Shown here: positions 31,581 to 41,390 of the stretch, piece by piece
How the letters are laid out: each line of letters begins with the position of its first letter
How positions within the stretch are numbered: position 1 is the first letter of the stretch
Assembly (NCBI GenBank): GCA_019057385.1
Contig: JAHQJS010000005.1
Coordinates: 192,799-256,798, forward strand
Length of the DNA stretch: 64,000 bases
Reading direction: 5' to 3'
Source: Candidatus Borrarchaeum weybense
GTDB taxonomy: Archaea; Asgardarchaeota; Sifarchaeia; Borrarchaeales; Borrarchaeaceae
The notes under the pieces: model-generated
What the model saw: the letters and a program-made list of their open reading frames with translations, nothing else
Told to the model about the DNA's origin: nothing
Database searches by the model: none
Program-made: the position numbers and the translations under genes

Positions 31581-32579
31581 ATGACAAAGATGAAACAGTC
31601 AGTTGTCTCAACATTTAGTTTGAAAAATAGAAGTCGAGCACAAGTGATGGAAAAATGTTTCAGATATTTCGACAAGTTCGAGGATGGCGATGAGGTAAAA
31701 GTCGTTATTAAACCGAACTTATGTCGAGCCATGGCATCTGAAACAGGTGCGACGACTGACACCACACTTGTTGAAGATGTTATCAAGCATCTACATACCA
31801 GAGGCATAACCAATATACGCATAGTTGAATCAGATACCCATCACAGAACTGCAGAGGAAGTTTTTAACCGAAATGGATATAGAGATTTAGAGGAGAAGTA
31901 TGATATCACCTGTATAAATCTTAGTAAAGACGAAACCTTCGCTATGGAAGTTAATAACATACCGAGAAAATTGAGAATTCCAAAAAGTCTTATTCTCTGC
32001 GATTACTTCATCTCAATAGCCAAACTCAAAACTCATGCTGAGGAAAAGATCTCTTGTGTCTTAAAAAATCAATTCGGCTGTCTTCCTTCAAAAATCAAAT
32101 CAGGATATCACCCTTACATGTCAGCAACCCTAACAGAGTTAAACAGAATTATAAAACCTGATGTATGTTTGATTGATGGAATTGTGGGAATGGAAGGACT
32201 TGGCCCAACGAAAGGCACACCCAAGAAAACAAATCTCATTATTTGTGGAAAAGATCCAGTTGCAACGGATTCAGTTGCAGCGAAAATAATGGGCTTTAAT
32301 CCATATTCTGTTCCTCATCTCCAATTTGCAGCCAGAAACCGACTTGGTAATATTGACAATATAAAACTTCTTGGAGACAACATAACGCCAATACCCTTTT
32401 CGTTCATCCCCGCAGACGTGTACAGGCTGTATAGGCTTGAATTTCAGTTTGAAAAAGTTGGACAGAAAATGCACGATAAATTCTCCCGATTATCTCAAAT
32501 ATCAAGAAGAATCGGAGATTTAGTCAGAGAAGGTGGTTGGTCTTACGTTTTTTCCCGATTTTTAAATAAAATAAGATGA
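31581..32579 (+). CDS. DUF362 domain protein
   Basis: IKPN, KLKTH, LKNQFG, DGIVGMEG-GP, DPVATD. Confidence 0.88.
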   Translation: MTKMKQSVVSTFSLKNRSRAQVMEKCFRYFDKFEDGDEVKVVIKPNLCRAMASETGATTDTTLVEDVIKHLHTRGITNIRIVESDTHHRTAEEVFNRNGYRDLEEKYDITCINLSKDETFAMEVNNIPRKLRIPKSLILCDYFISIAKLKTHAEEKISCVLKNQFGCLPSKIKSGYHPYMSATLTELNRIIKPDVCLIDGIVGMEGLGPTKGTPKKTNLIICGKDPVATDSVAAKIMGFNPYSVPHLQFAARNRLGNIDNIKLLGDNITPIPFSFIPADVYRLYRLEFQFEKVGQKMHDKFSRLSQISRRIGDLVREGGWSYVFSRFLNKIR

Positions 32580-32643
32580 GTTTTGTAATAATGAATATAA
32601 TTACATAATGACACAAAAAAGCCTTGCAGAAGAAAAAGGCTCA

Positions 32644-33351
32644 TCAAGACTTTTTAACTTGATGAATGGCGTTTTTTACGGCTGCTTTTATCATATAGCC
32701 TGCTTTATGGAGTATAGTATCTCCAAGAACATTATCGATTGCCATACTAGCTGTACATGGATACGCATGATGATACTTGGAAATTTCCATTTCAACATCA
32801 GAAATATGTTTTGCTTTTAGATTGTCTATCACGTGGTATGTTGACCCACAAGGAGCACTTCGAAGAACTCTGCAATCCTCTGTAAAAAATTCATTATCGA
32901 TATCTACTTCTACAAGGGGCATGCCCATCTTGGAAAGCTCTATAAATTCATTAATTGTTGGTGTAGCATCATTTGGCTTCAAACTACAAAAAGGCTTTGG
33001 GAAAGTATATTCAACATTCATCTGTTGTAAGCCTTGTTCTATTTGTTTCTGCAGACCAAGCGGACACCAAGTTGGATCTTCTAGAGGGACTATAACCGCT
33101 GTTGCACCTATTTTTTCTACAATTTGCGGTAAAGACGCAAGAATATCTTGATGAACACCTATGACAATTAAAAGGTCTGAATTAGGCATATCAGGGAGAT
33201 ATGGAGAGGCGTCTTCTATAAATGAAGGCAGATCTTTTGATAATTCTTCTATGCCAATAATAGATGCTGCTAGAGAAGGTGAATGAGTTGCTAGGTTTTC
33301 TACGAAACGATTTACGTATTCTCCATAACTGTGAAGGACGTAGATTCTCAA
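32644..33351 (-). CDS. DUF166 family protein
   Basis: PKPFCSL, VLRSAPCGST, YPCTASM, LHKAG. Confidence 0.8.
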   Translation of the reverse strand: MRIYVLHSYGEYVNRFVENLATHSPSLAASIIGIEELSKDLPSFIEDASPYLPDMPNSDLLIVIGVHQDILASLPQIVEKIGATAVIVPLEDPTWCPLGLQKQIEQGLQQMNVEYTFPKPFCSLKPNDATPTINEFIELSKMGMPLVEVDIDNEFFTEDCRVLRSAPCGSTYHVIDNLKAKHISDVEMEISKYHHAYPCTASMAIDNVLGDTILHKAGYMIKAAVKNAIHQVKKS

Positions 33352-33499
33352 GAGTTTTACCTCCGTAATTCCGAATATTCCATAATCATGGATTTAATAG
33401 GTGTTTTTGTTTCAAGAAGTGTATGTGATAGCAATGAGTTCAATACTTTGAGAAATGGTTTTCCAATTGAGACAAATCAAACAATATTATTGGAATTGT

Positions 33500-33667
33500 T
33501 CATTCAAGTTCTTCTGCCTCGTTATACACTTCAGTGCAATGAGAACATTGGTAAAAAGTTGATTTTTTGGTTTCTACCTCTTCAATCGCTTGTTGGCCAC
33601 ACTTCTTACAAACATAATTTGTCGGGCGTCTCGCCAGAATTCTTTGCATTCCAGCTCTTTTAGTCAT
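33500..33667 (-). CDS. small zinc-ribbon protein
   Basis: CKKC...CSHC. GGAGG upstream of the ATG. Confidence 0.65.
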   Translation of the reverse strand: MTKRAGMQRILARRPTNYVCKKCGQQAIEEVETKKSTFYQCSHCTEVYNEAEELE

Positions 33668-33872
33668 GAATCTTGCCTCCAAATACTCTTCTAAGCCTCT
33701 ACACTTTGTATAAAGAAAATTTCTTTTTTTTTGATTGACTTACCAGTTATCTACCGGGAAAATCAGGAATAAAAGGATTACGACAGTGACATATTAAAAA
33801 TAGGGCAAACATAGAAAAGAAATTAATATGTTCTCGTTTAAAAAAGAGAAATAAGTGAACGCCACAGATTTT

Positions 33873-36047
33873 CTATGCGTGTTCTCCAGTTAGATTTTCG
33901 GCAATTTCAGTAACTTTTCTTAGATCTTTATCTTTAATACGACCGTTTTGGTGTAATGCCTCTAGACCTTTTTTTAATTCTGGTACAAATTCTTCTTTTG
34001 AAAGCAAGTTCTGCGTGCTTACCGCTTTTTTTGTAAACTCGTTTAATTGTTTCTTTGAAACGATTAATTTTTCAAATTTCTCTTTCAGAGCATGAAAAGA
34101 ATCCGTTGCATAAACTTTCAAGTTTTTGTTGATTAACTTTTCAGAGGTTCCGGTGGCCATTGAAATAAACTGCATAGGTGGATAGACCAGAAGGCGTGAT
34201 GTATCCTGAGTAGGATCTAAGAATTGTGCAAGATAAATTGGAACGTCAACCTTCTGTGCCTGTTTAAATTTTAAAAGATTAGAGAGAACAAATTTCTTAA
34301 ATTGTTCTTCTTCTTCAAGAAGACGTTCTTTTTTGCTGTTAATAAACTCGATAAGTTGATTAGATTTCTCTGCAATCTTTTTTGTAATATCGACCAACTC
34401 GACAATTAGGCTATCTCTTTCAGTCTCTATCTCAGAGAGTTGTTTTTGTTGTTCGCTCATCAGTTTTGTTATTGTCTTGTTTCTATCGACTTCTGTTTTT
34501 TCTATAACTTCTCTTTGTTCTTTCATTAGACGTTCTATATTTTCATTTTGTTCCTTTGTTACACGCTCAACATTTTCATTCAAATCATTTATCTTATTTT
34601 TTGCCTCGTGTTCGATTGCGTTTATCTTCGATTGGGCGTCATTCTCAATAGAAGATAATTCTTTATTGCCTTCCTTTATGCGGGATTTTAATTCTTTTAT
34701 CTCGTTTCTGCTAGCATCTTTCATATGAGACTCCATTGAATTAGCGAGACCACTTATCTGAATTTCGAGGATGTCCTTTACGTCGGCAAATTGAAAGTTT
34801 TTAGTTTTTATATCATCGAGTTGTCCCTGAACTGAACTGGTCATATCGCTAAAGCGGTTTAATAAAGTCTCTAACGTACTGCCAATACTAGTTTTTAGGA
34901 AATTATTTGCATTTAGATTCCTTGCAGTATTTGTATCAGCGATCTTTTTTTCTTTTTGTTCCAAAACGACAGTAATTTGTCTGTCAGTATCCTCTCTTAA
35001 TCGCCTGATGGTTTCTTTATATTCAATTCTAGTTTCATCTAAATGACGGGTCGTGCTTGATCTAACTTCTATAATTTTTTCATCCCATTCCTGCTTCTTA
35101 GCACCAATTTTCATGTCTGTGTTTTCTTTTGTCCTCTGAAGTATAGCACCGTACTTATTGTTCAGTTTTTCGATCTCTTGCTCAATTTTATTTGTGAATT
35201 CGCTTCTTTTTCTCGAAATGAGCGCTTGGATAGTGGGTAAAGTCTTCATATTTTCCTCAATTGTATGAAAGGCCTCATCAAAGGTTACAGTGACCTGAGA
35301 TAGTTCATCTTTTGAGAGTTCGAATGGTAACTCTGTAAATTGTGGTATTGAACGTGGTTTACTAAGCCAGTAAAGTTCTGTAATATCCTCCAAATACTTG
35401 AGAGTGCTAAGGGTATATACAAGATGTTTCTCAGCACTCAGATCTGCTAAGAAATTTTCAACACGTGTAAATGCACTAAGGTAGTCTGAAGTTTCGGAAA
35501 CCGATAACATACTTTCAAAATCAGTTAAAATAAGTGAAGTTGTGGTCGTTACGGTTGTTGGGACTGTGAACGTGTCCACCAGCAACGCGCCAGTCCTATA
35601 AGGTAATACCCATATTGGAACATGAAATACTAAAAGAGATTCAAGAGTTTCTCTTTTCTTTCTATCGTCTTCACATAGAATGAATATCGTTGCAAGCTCA
35701 GTGTTAAGATCTACTTCCGTATACTTTTGTTCTTTTTGTTCTAAATATGGGAATTTTTCAATTAAAAATGGAATTCGTGTTTCAATTGTGAAGAGTTCTG
35801 AAGATGGAACCTCTTCGGTTATGGAGGTGGTAGTAGTGGATACCTTATCTATTTGACTTGTGTATGCTCTCCTTATGTTATGATCAGGATCAACATCTAT
35901 CGTCAGAATATGATCATCATGTACAATTGTCTTACTTAAAATGAACATACCTGGAGGTAAATTTGAAAATTCGTCATCTGAAATCTCGATGGTTTCAGTT
36001 TTAGAACACTTTGGACATGTTACTTTGAGGTCATTTTTCATATCCAC
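33873..36047 (-). CDS. large coiled-coil protein with N-terminal CxxC/His metal-binding module
   Basis: 724-aa ORF. CPKC...HDDH...DVD, then about 350 aa of heptad-rich helix between two beta-rich segments. Confidence 0.85.
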   Translation of the reverse strand: MDMKNDLKVTCPKCSKTETIEISDDEFSNLPPGMFILSKTIVHDDHILTIDVDPDHNIRRAYTSQIDKVSTTTTSITEEVPSSELFTIETRIPFLIEKFPYLEQKEQKYTEVDLNTELATIFILCEDDRKKRETLESLLVFHVPIWVLPYRTGALLVDTFTVPTTVTTTTSLILTDFESMLSVSETSDYLSAFTRVENFLADLSAEKHLVYTLSTLKYLEDITELYWLSKPRSIPQFTELPFELSKDELSQVTVTFDEAFHTIEENMKTLPTIQALISRKRSEFTNKIEQEIEKLNNKYGAILQRTKENTDMKIGAKKQEWDEKIIEVRSSTTRHLDETRIEYKETIRRLREDTDRQITVVLEQKEKKIADTNTARNLNANNFLKTSIGSTLETLLNRFSDMTSSVQGQLDDIKTKNFQFADVKDILEIQISGLANSMESHMKDASRNEIKELKSRIKEGNKELSSIENDAQSKINAIEHEAKNKINDLNENVERVTKEQNENIERLMKEQREVIEKTEVDRNKTITKLMSEQQKQLSEIETERDSLIVELVDITKKIAEKSNQLIEFINSKKERLLEEEEQFKKFVLSNLLKFKQAQKVDVPIYLAQFLDPTQDTSRLLVYPPMQFISMATGTSEKLINKNLKVYATDSFHALKEKFEKLIVSKKQLNEFTKKAVSTQNLLSKEEFVPELKKGLEALHQNGRIKDKDLRKVTEIAENLTGEHA

Positions 36048-36521
36048 GCCTCCATAATTGACACGTGACTTTGAGATTGTCCGTCATCTTTCATCTTTAA
36101 TCAGAAGGTAATCGTGCGTATAATCTACTGTTTATAATAATCTTTCCACTATAATAAGAAAATACCACAATTCACCTAGATATACTCTTTTCACTGACTA
36201 TAAAAAATGCATACTAATTATTAAGGATTTCAGTTTGCCCCTTCAACTAATGAGTACTTCGATATCCTTCTTAAATTAAGATGATATGTAAAATTCCATT
36301 TCCTTTGTTATAAAATAAAGAAGCGACTTTAAAACGCATTTATCACCGTTAAATAAACAGAAAAAACTTAAATTACCCGCAATAATGAAAATTGACTTTC
36401 CTTTTTGTTAAAAAAATATCCATAAAATACAAATAAGGGTTTTAAGAGTTGTAAACTACGAGTTTTAACGCCCTCAGATTATCGTTATGGCAAATAAAAC
36501 TCGCTTTAAGAGGCGAAATTT

Positions 36522-37685
36522 ATGTATAAATGGAAGAAAATTCTATTGGTAACTGTTTCATTTATAATTTTGTTCCTTTATATATCCCCGGCTGTCGCTC
36601 AAAGACAAACTGAAACTCAGAGCGAATACTATGATTATTCCGACTCAAATGGCTTTCTTACCACCATACGAGTTAGTTTAACAGGATTTCCAACTATCGA
36701 AAACCGAAAGGAAACATATACAGCAAGATTCACTGTTCAGAGTCTTGACACAACTTCAAATGTTGAAATAAAATTAAAAAGATATTCATGGGAAATTAAT
36801 ACTGATGAAGGCATTATTTCAGGTGAAGAAGACTTAGATGTGCTACTAAGTGCAGTAGGTGATTCTTACGAATTTGATTTTAATGTGAAATCAATTTCTG
36901 ATGAGTACTCAGGTAATGCAACATTTAATGTAGAATTTAGACATGATGTTTATCGTGATGGTAGTAAAAAACTAACTGATGAAAAGCCATCTATAAACGC
37001 TAATCTAAATGTTTTTACTGTAGGAGAAAGCCCAAGCCCTGCTGATCCCAGTGAAGGAAATACTCAAACAGGAGGTAATCTAACATTTGGAGGCATAAGT
37101 CGATTCTTGCCTGGATTGATTGTTCTTATTCTCATAGTAATAGTAATGGGTATTATTGTTAGTAGAAGGAAACCTCGGTATGAAGATACTACAATTCCAT
37201 CTATGAGTTCATCACAAATTGACAGAATGAATTATGACGAACTATTAGGACGAAGAGAAGTCCTAGAAGAAGGGCTAAGAAAAATTGAAACTCAATTGAG
37301 TTCAGGGTTACTATCACCTGCAGCTTACATGGATGCTTACACAAAGTACAGGTCCGAATGGATTCAAATCAACAATAAACTTTCTGCCGCGGGAATAAGC
37401 GAAGGCGAAGATGAAGGTGAGATAATACCTCCCACAACAGAAGAAGTCGCATGTTCTTCTTGTGGAGCTCCATACTCTAGTGATGCACCATTTTGTCCCA
37501 GCTGTGGATCTGAACGTGAAAAATGCATGGTTTGTCTATTACCTATGGCACCTGGAAGTGAGATTGCCAAATGTCCCCATTGCTCAGGCGTTGCGCACAA
37601 GGATCATCTACAAGAATGGGTTAAAATAAAAGGATTTTGTCCAAAATGTAAAAACAAACTAACAGAATACGATTTGGTACAATAA
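36522..37685 (+). CDS. single-pass membrane protein with cytoplasmic zinc ribbon and RING-like finger
   Basis: Signal peptide, TM helix followed by RRKPR, CSSC..CPSC, then CMVC..CPHC..HKDHL.EW...CPKC. Confidence 0.88.
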   Translation: MYKWKKILLVTVSFIILFLYISPAVAQRQTETQSEYYDYSDSNGFLTTIRVSLTGFPTIENRKETYTARFTVQSLDTTSNVEIKLKRYSWEINTDEGIISGEEDLDVLLSAVGDSYEFDFNVKSISDEYSGNATFNVEFRHDVYRDGSKKLTDEKPSINANLNVFTVGESPSPADPSEGNTQTGGNLTFGGISRFLPGLIVLILIVIVMGIIVSRRKPRYEDTTIPSMSSSQIDRMNYDELLGRREVLEEGLRKIETQLSSGLLSPAAYMDAYTKYRSEWIQINNKLSAAGISEGEDEGEIIPPTTEEVACSSCGAPYSSDAPFCPSCGSEREKCMVCLLPMAPGSEIAKCPHCSGVAHKDHLQEWVKIKGFCPKCKNKLTEYDLVQ

Positions 37686-37744
37686 TTCTATTCTCTGCTT
37701 CCAGTATCTCTTTTTTGTCAATATTCAAATTCTTTTACTATGAC

Positions 37745-37785
37745 TAAGCCAGAAAGCAACACAGCTTCAGCGTGAGGTAGTTCAC
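37745..37785 (+). mobile_element. IS200/IS605-type right-end remnant (copy B)
   Basis: taagccagaaagcaacacagcttcagcgtgaggtagttcac, ending in TCAC. Confidence 0.7.
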
Positions 37786-37839
37786 TATCAACAAAAAAAG
37801 GAATATAAAAAATAGCATAGCCTGACGAGAAAATCTTCG

Positions 37840-38022
37840 TTATTTGTCTATATAAAGCTGGCCTGCAATCGAATAATTTTCTTTAGGCATATCATTGATT
37901 ATAATACGTACAGCGTCTTTTGGACAATCAAGTGCGTCTACAACCGCTTGTGTGACCATTTCAACTAATTTGCGTTTTTTTTCCAATGGGCGCTCGAAGA
38001 GGGTAATTTGTAAAATCGGCAT
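37840..38022 (-). CDS. 4-oxalocrotonate tautomerase family protein (second paralog)
   Basis: MPILQI...KKRKLV...NYSIAG. Confidence 0.92.
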   Translation of the reverse strand: MPILQITLFERPLEKKRKLVEMVTQAVVDALDCPKDAVRIIINDMPKENYSIAGQLYIDK

Positions 38023-38071
38023 GTCTAATCACCTTTTTAGAATTTATTTTTCTCTATTATGATATTCTTTT

Positions 38072-38517
38072 AAACTCTATCGGCGAGAAGTCCCCTTCCG
38101 AAAGGAGGGGGATGAAAGCCGATGGCTTTTTATAGTTTCGTGGAAACCTATACGTGGTACCGCGAGTGTACCCGTAATGCCCGACTGGGTGGAGGTATAT
38201 CCTCCTGTAAGCGACCAGTCAGCAGGTGACAGGGCTAAACATGAGGAAGCCCGTGCATGAGGTCTTATCCAGCGTGGCAAGAGAGTCCCCTTCTGGTGTG
38301 CAGTTTGCTAACCTGCCAGCCAGGCAGGTAACAGATTAATAGCCTTCTGCAAGCAAATAATCAAGGGGCAGGATAAGGGTGAGCAGCGTGTGCAACCTGG
38401 TAAGCTTCCGTAAGCCCATAACTGTAGTGAAGGTGGCGAAGCGTCGCCCCCCGTGAGGGAGCGAGAACTACAATGGAAAGCTGGAAGCCCCATCCAAAAG
38501 GGTGGGGAGGATGTCAC
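38072..38517 (+). mobile_element. non-autonomous IS200/IS605-type element with structured non-coding interior
   Basis: Left hairpin cggcgagaagtccccttccgaaaggagggggatgaaagccg after TTTA. Right hairpin gaagccccatccaaaagggtggggaggatgtcac. No tnpA/tnpB ORF. Confidence 0.78.
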
Positions 38518-38570
38518 ACATCTTGCCAATTTAGACAATAAAATGGTATTTTTTGAACTGAAAGAATAGG

Positions 38571-39728
38571 GTGAATATAATGAATATAGATGAACTTAGA
38601 GCTCAATTTCCGGTTACAAAGCATTATACATACCTAAACCATGCAGCTGTAGCACCCCTCCCACAAAGCGTAATTAACGCAGTTTATGAGGTAACTCAAG
38701 AGAAAGGCGACAGTGGAGGTCTCCACTGGATGGATTGGGAGGAAGAAGCGGAAAAAACCCGAAATGCAATTGCAGGACTTATTAATGCAACGCCAGAAGA
38801 AATTGCCTTCGTCCCGAATACCTCCGAAGGCTTATCCATTATTGCAAATGGATTAAAGTGGAATAAAAACGATAATATCGTGACAAATGACTTAGAATTC
38901 CCTTCTGTTGCGTTTCCTTGGCAAATCCAAGCAAAAAAACATGGACTTGAATTAAGGATTGTCCGTAATCGGAATGAAGCTCTATTTTTGGAGGATTTTG
39001 AAGACAAAATCGATAGAAATACAAAAGTAGTTGCAATTAGCCATGTACAATTTAGCAACGGATTCAAAATAGATTTGAAGCGCCTATCCCACCTGGCTCA
39101 CGAGAATAATGCATATATAATAATAGATGGCGTTCAGGGTGTTGGTCAAATACCTGTAGATGTGAAGCAAATAGACGTTGATTTCTACACCAGCAGTGGA
39201 TACAAGTGGCTTTTATCACCAGTTGCTACAGGGTTTCTGTTTTTAAAGCGAGAATTGCTTGAAGAAATTGATCCAACCTTTGTAGGTTATCGTAGTGATG
39301 AGTTGGAACATGAGTTTCATTTTCGAGAAATAAGTCCCTCAAAGAGTGCTCGCCGATTTGAGCATGGTCAATTAAATTTCCCAGGAATAGCTGGAATGCG
39401 AGTGGCAATAGCATTGCTTGAAAAAATAGGTATTCATAATATTGAAAACCGAATTCGCGTTTTGATGGATTATCTTTTAGCAGGTATAGAAGAAATAAGA
39501 GAGTTAAAAGTAATTTCTTCCCTTACGCCAGAACACAGAAGCGGTATTATCAAAGTGAAGATAGAAAATTCAGATATCGATCCAGAGGAAATAATAACAA
39601 AACTTCAAGAACAACATATCATAATTTCCTCGCGTGCAGGAGGACTGCGAATTTCTTGTAACTTTTATAATACTGAAGAAGAAATCAAAAGATTACTAGA
39701 TGCATTATCCTTGCTCACTCAAAGTTGA
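38571..39728 (+). CDS. class V PLP-dependent aminotransferase (cysteine desulfurase-like)
   Basis: YLNHAA, EFPS, DGVQ, SGYKWL, YNTEEE. Confidence 0.9.
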   Translation: MNIMNIDELRAQFPVTKHYTYLNHAAVAPLPQSVINAVYEVTQEKGDSGGLHWMDWEEEAEKTRNAIAGLINATPEEIAFVPNTSEGLSIIANGLKWNKNDNIVTNDLEFPSVAFPWQIQAKKHGLELRIVRNRNEALFLEDFEDKIDRNTKVVAISHVQFSNGFKIDLKRLSHLAHENNAYIIIDGVQGVGQIPVDVKQIDVDFYTSSGYKWLLSPVATGFLFLKRELLEEIDPTFVGYRSDELEHEFHFREISPSKSARRFEHGQLNFPGIAGMRVAIALLEKIGIHNIENRIRVLMDYLLAGIEEIRELKVISSLTPEHRSGIIKVKIENSDIDPEEIITKLQEQHIIISSRAGGLRISCNFYNTEEEIKRLLDALSLLTQS

Positions 39729-40691
39729 TGCAAATCGGTCAGTATGCCAATCGGATTTTCGTGAGTGAGCCTTTTTATCCTTTTTGTAGTATCCCTCAAT
39801 TGTATCTCCTTTCAAACGCATTAACCGTTTTAGTATATTAATTACGGATCTGACCTCAAAAGTATTTGCTGGAAAGCCTACTTGGTTGGAGATATATTTC
39901 CAAAGTTCTTCTTCTGATACTGCTATATTTTCGCCTACTGAGGAGTTTTCAATTATTTGAACAAATCGCGTAAGACGTTCAAATTTATCTAAGGTTTTCA
40001 ATATCCTTTCGCCTTTCCCTGTAAGCTGATAATAGAGGACAAAAAAAGCTTCCGGTAAAGGGTTTGGTCCTGCCTTTACTATGACGCCACGTCTAGAAAG
40101 TTCTGAGAGGCGAGCTTGAACGCTTTTTTCGGCTAAACCAGTTATGTCGGCGATTTCTTCGGATGTCAGTTTGAATCTTTCTGGATTTCCTTTATTAAGG
40201 GCTTTTATAATTTCCGAATAGTATGTAGGTAGTTTTTCTAATTCCGCTGCTGTTGTGATCTCTCTAATTTTGTATCTTATTCTTTCAGTTTGTACTATTC
40301 CTGCTTCTTTCAGTTGTCGTAACAATATAGATGCAAATGTACGTGAAACATCTAAGATTTTTTGCAACTGTTTGTTAGTTTTTGGTTCTTGAAGAGCTTT
40401 AATGCACTGTATTTTACCATTGACTTCCGAAATTTTTAATTTACCTAAAAAATCTACTGCTAAAACGCCTACTGGTGTCGGTACACATGAATCGCCTGTT
40501 ATTTCGACCAAATCTCGTCCTTGAAGTCTTAAAAGATATCTTGACAAAAATTTGCTTCGGTATCGAGGAGCGTAATCTACAGTTTTCATAATGGTATCGA
40601 TATCCGTGGATCCATGTTTGTAGAGTCGATATAACACCTTTGCGCAAATATTATTTCCCAGAGCTCGTATTGCTTCTTCAGCAGAGATCAG
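39705..40691 (-). CDS. multi winged-HTH protein; start probably CTG 40691
   Basis: Several wHTH-like units (SEEIADITGL...LSELSRRG, YYQLTGKG). The frame extends 18 codons beyond the GTG to a CTG 7 nt after GGAGG. Confidence 0.78.
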   Translation of the reverse strand: MISAEEAIRALGNNICAKVLYRLYKHGSTDIDTIMKTVDYAPRYRSKFLSRYLLRLQGRDLVEITGDSCVPTPVGVLAVDFLGKLKISEVNGKIQCIKALQEPKTNKQLQKILDVSRTFASILLRQLKEAGIVQTERIRYKIREITTAAELEKLPTYYSEIIKALNKGNPERFKLTSEEIADITGLAEKSVQARLSELSRRGVIVKAGPNPLPEAFFVLYYQLTGKGERILKTLDKFERLTRFVQIIENSSVGENIAVSEEELWKYISNQVGFPANTFEVRSVINILKRLMRLKGDTIEGYYKKDKKAHSRKSDWHTDRFASTLSEQG

Positions 40692-40934
40692 GAAAAGACC
40701 TCCTTTAAATCAAACCTGAATAAGACCAAAAGTGCAAAGTCTCTCGCATTTAGAAAAACTTTTTGCGTTATTCGTTTTTAATCTCACGATATTCGTTATA
40801 TATCGCCTTGCAATAATATATGTTCATACTTTTATATCGATTTCCGTTAATGCATGATATTCTGACGATTCGTATAAATACAAGATGTAGAACACCACGA
40901 ATGAAGTATAATATAATATTTCCGAGGACATCAA

Positions 40935-41354
40935 ATGCTTGATGATATTAATCAGAAAATTATTGAACAATTACAAAAAGATGCTCGGCAAAAAAATACT
41001 GCCATAGCAGAAAAAATCGGTGTTGCGGAATCAACCGTAAGAAAAAGAATCAAGGAAATGATACAGAATGGAATCATTTCGAGTTTTTCTGTGCAGTTGG
41101 ATCCTGTTGCTATGGGTTATACAGTCGCTATTGTCGGAATCGATACAGATTCTGCCAAGCTACTCAAAGTTGCAGAAAAGTTAACAGCATTTAAAGAAAT
41201 ACGCTCCGTACAACTTAGTACAGGAGATCATCATATAATATGCGAAATTTGGGCAAAAGAAAAAAAATTATCTGAATATCTTGAAGAAATAAGCACTCTT
41301 AAAGGAGTAGAGAGAGTGTGTCCCGCAATCGTTATGGAACGATTGAAACCATAA
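40935..41354 (+). CDS. Lrp/AsnC family transcription regulator
   Basis: LQKDAR...IAEKIGVAESTVRKRI, STGDH, RVCPAI. Confidence 0.93.
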   Translation: MLDDINQKIIEQLQKDARQKNTAIAEKIGVAESTVRKRIKEMIQNGIISSFSVQLDPVAMGYTVAIVGIDTDSAKLLKVAEKLTAFKEIRSVQLSTGDHHIICEIWAKEKKLSEYLEEISTLKGVERVCPAIVMERLKP

Positions 41355-41390
41355 CTTATGGGCTCATAGAGATGTTAAAGGTTGTAGAAA

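Noticed and set aside
38072-38517. Group I intron (IStron), group II intron or RNase P RNA
   Set aside because: No recognisable P7 (R/S) motifs or terminal G, no domain V, and it is intergenic.
38077-38538. Short ORFs 38077-38280 and 38308-38538
   Set aside because: No homology motifs; by-products of a GC-rich structured RNA. The same applies to 25332-25541.
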